The translations under genes were made by a program, and so were the position numbers. Source: Eledone cirrhosa (taxonomy: Eukaryota). Taken from it: a stretch of 64,000 nucleotides of DNA. The notes beneath the pieces were generated by a model. The model was not told the DNA's origin. It was given only the letters and a program-made list of their open reading frames with translations, and made no database searches. The DNA lies in contig OZ024749.1 of assembly GCA_964016885.1 (NCBI GenBank), forward strand, positions 30,814,001-30,878,000. Reading direction: 5' to 3'. Shown in pieces: positions 61,725-64,000 of this stretch (the first letter of the stretch is position 1; every line of letters starts with the position of its first letter).

Positions 61725-62092
61725 GCGGAAATCAAATAAAAAGGTTCACCACGTATATATTCTTTAACAAATGTGCAATTGTCATGGTGTATTCGGATAG
61801 TTAGCTGGTACCTAGTGTTATTTATGCTGTTGGTGATGTTGGTATGGTATTAGTGGTGTTGTTGTTGTTGTTGTTAGTGGTGGTGGTGGTGGTTATGGTA
61901 TGGTTGTTGTGTTGATGTTGCTGGTGTTAGTGATAGTATGGTATTAGTGTCGGCTTTGTTGTTGGTGTTCTTTTAGGTGCTGGTTGTATCGGTGTTCAGA
62001 CTGTTGTTGCTTTTGTTGGTACTGCTGATAGTGAAGGTGGTAGTATTACAGGTGGAGTTCTTGCTTTTGGTGGTGGTGGTGGTATTAGTTTG

Positions 62093-62585
62093 ATAATTCT
62101 AGTGGTGGTGGTGGTGTTGTTGGTGACTTTTTTTGATAATTCTAGTGCTGGTGGTCTTGTTGGTGACTTTTTTTAATAATTCTAGTGCTGGTGGTCTTGT
62201 TGGTGACTTTTTTTGATAATTCTAGTGCTGGTGGTCTTGTTGGTGACTTTTTTTGATAATTCTAGTGCTGGTGGTCTTGTTGGTGACTTTTTTTGATAAT
62301 TCTAGTGCTGGTGGTCTTGTTGGTGACTTTTTTTGATAATTCTAGTGCTGGTGGTCTTGTTGGTGACTTTTTTTGATAATTCTAGTGCTGGTGGTCTTGT
62401 TGGTGACTTTTTTTGATAATTCTAGTGCTGGTGGTCTTGTTGGTGACTTTTTTTGATAATTCTAGTGCTGGTGGTCTTGTTGGTGACTTTTTTTGATAAT
62501 TCTAGTGCTGGTGGTCTTGTTGGTGACTTTTTTTGATAATTCTAGTGCTGGTGGTCTTGTTGGTGACTTTTTTAATGCTGGTGGT
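62093..62585 (+). repeat. 40-bp minisatellite, ~12 near-identical units
   Basis: Unit GATAATTCTAGTGCTGGTGGTCTTGTTGGTGACTTTTTTT. Confidence 0.95.
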
Positions 62586-62782
62586 ATGGATTATGAAGCA
62601 TGACGATGAATCGAGCGTATATAACGTTACATTTTGTGGGTCCTTTGCTTAGTTTCATAAGATTATATTTATCTGTATATATATGCCAAACTATTACTTG
62701 GGGAATTTTGAAGAGTTTACAAGAAATGCATCAGCGCATGCGTAATAAATAAATAAATAAATAAATGAGTAATATTTATATA

Positions 62783-62825
<43 letters not shown>

Positions 62826-62827
62826 TG

Positions 62828-62860
<33 letters not shown>

Positions 62861-63004
62861 GTAAATATATATATATATATGTAATATATATATATGTAAA
62901 TATATATATATATGTATATATATATATGTAAATATATATATATATGTAATATATATATATGTGTAATATATATATATATGTAAATATATATATATATATA
63001 TAAA

Positions 63005-63117
<113 letters not shown>

Positions 63118-63469
63118 TTGTGTGCGTGTGTATGTGTATATATGTATATATATATAGAGAGAGAGATCGATATTCATGTATATCAATAAATGCACGTGTT
63201 ATCGTGAATGAAAACAAATACAAGACGGAATAGAATTATATGTAAAGCAAAAAATACGGCTAAATACCACCAAATAGAACATATGATGTGTTTATGCTTG
63301 TATATATATATACATATATATATAAATATGTGTGTGTGTGTCTTTGTTATAAACACACACACACATGTATGTATGCTGCATATCGAAGTTAGATTCCGCT
63401 TGCGTATAATCTTCTGTCATCTTTTGTATCATTCTGTGAGGTAGTTGAAGTTGTTGTTGCTGTTGTTGT

Positions 63470-63575
63470 TCTCTTCTTCTTCTTCTTCTTCTTCTTCTTC
63501 TTCTTCTTCTTCTTCTTCTTCTTCTTCTTTTTCTTCTTCTTCTTCTTCTTCTGCTTCTTCTTCTTCTCCTTCTTA
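63470..63575 (+). repeat. (TCT)n microsatellite
   Basis: Direct reading. Confidence 0.95.
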
Positions 63576-64000
63576 TCATCATCATGATCTAACTCTTCCT
63601 TATTCAGATCAATATCTTTCTAATAGTTTAGGAATATAGGGGAAGTTTTCTTGAAACCGGAAAATTAGAGCGAATGGTTACAAGATCCCGCCATTCCAGA
63701 AGAAATAAAAACGATCCATCTTTCCTTTCGTATAAATTTTCCCAGAGACTTTGTTTGCCAAATTTCAGTCATGAATATTTCGTTGACTCGACGCCATATT
63801 TAGAAAACATTAATGTTAGGTGACATGAAATGAAGTAGAACCCAAACGCAACGTAGTTGTAAAGCGAACGTCTTAACTCTGGCGCATTTTACGATAGCGA
63901 ACGAGTCACCGAACCCACACGGATTCTTACTTTCCTAAGCAAATGATTCAAACAAATGTGAACGAAGCAATTAATACACACAAATTTAGCCGCTTTATTC

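Noticed and set aside
62093-62585. Regular 40-bp repeat as a possible CRISPR array
   Set aside because: Units are contiguous with no unique spacers, there are no cas genes, and the context is eukaryotic

Overview
AT-rich animal genomic DNA with no convincing host protein-coding gene. The SINE types and the extreme (TA)n/(CA)n/(GA)n load suggest an octopus-like cephalopod; this is an inference. Almost all listed ORFs are microsatellite artefacts. Real coding content is limited to retroelements: two near-intact Penelope-like elements (PLE; RT plus C-terminal GIY-YIG) at 20.6-22.3 kb and 47.8-49.9 kb, two decayed PLEs, an R4/Dong-like LINE fragment and two RTE-like LINE tails. Many short 'unique' islands inside the (TA)n tracts are PLE pseudo-LTR (pLTR) fragments from about 10 sequence-unrelated families. 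They carry type I hammerhead ribozymes (HHRs; about 20 readable cores) and often form fold-back palindromes. About 20-60 nt downstream of the ribozyme they share a second structure I do not recognise from any described motif: a covarying RCTC / 2-nt bulge / GAGY stem. A 454-bp tandem repeat with one hammerhead per unit looks like a non-LTR retrozyme. A local duplication preserves filled and empty versions of a PLE insertion site in (TA)n. All structures were paired by eye and coordinates of repeat edges are approximate.
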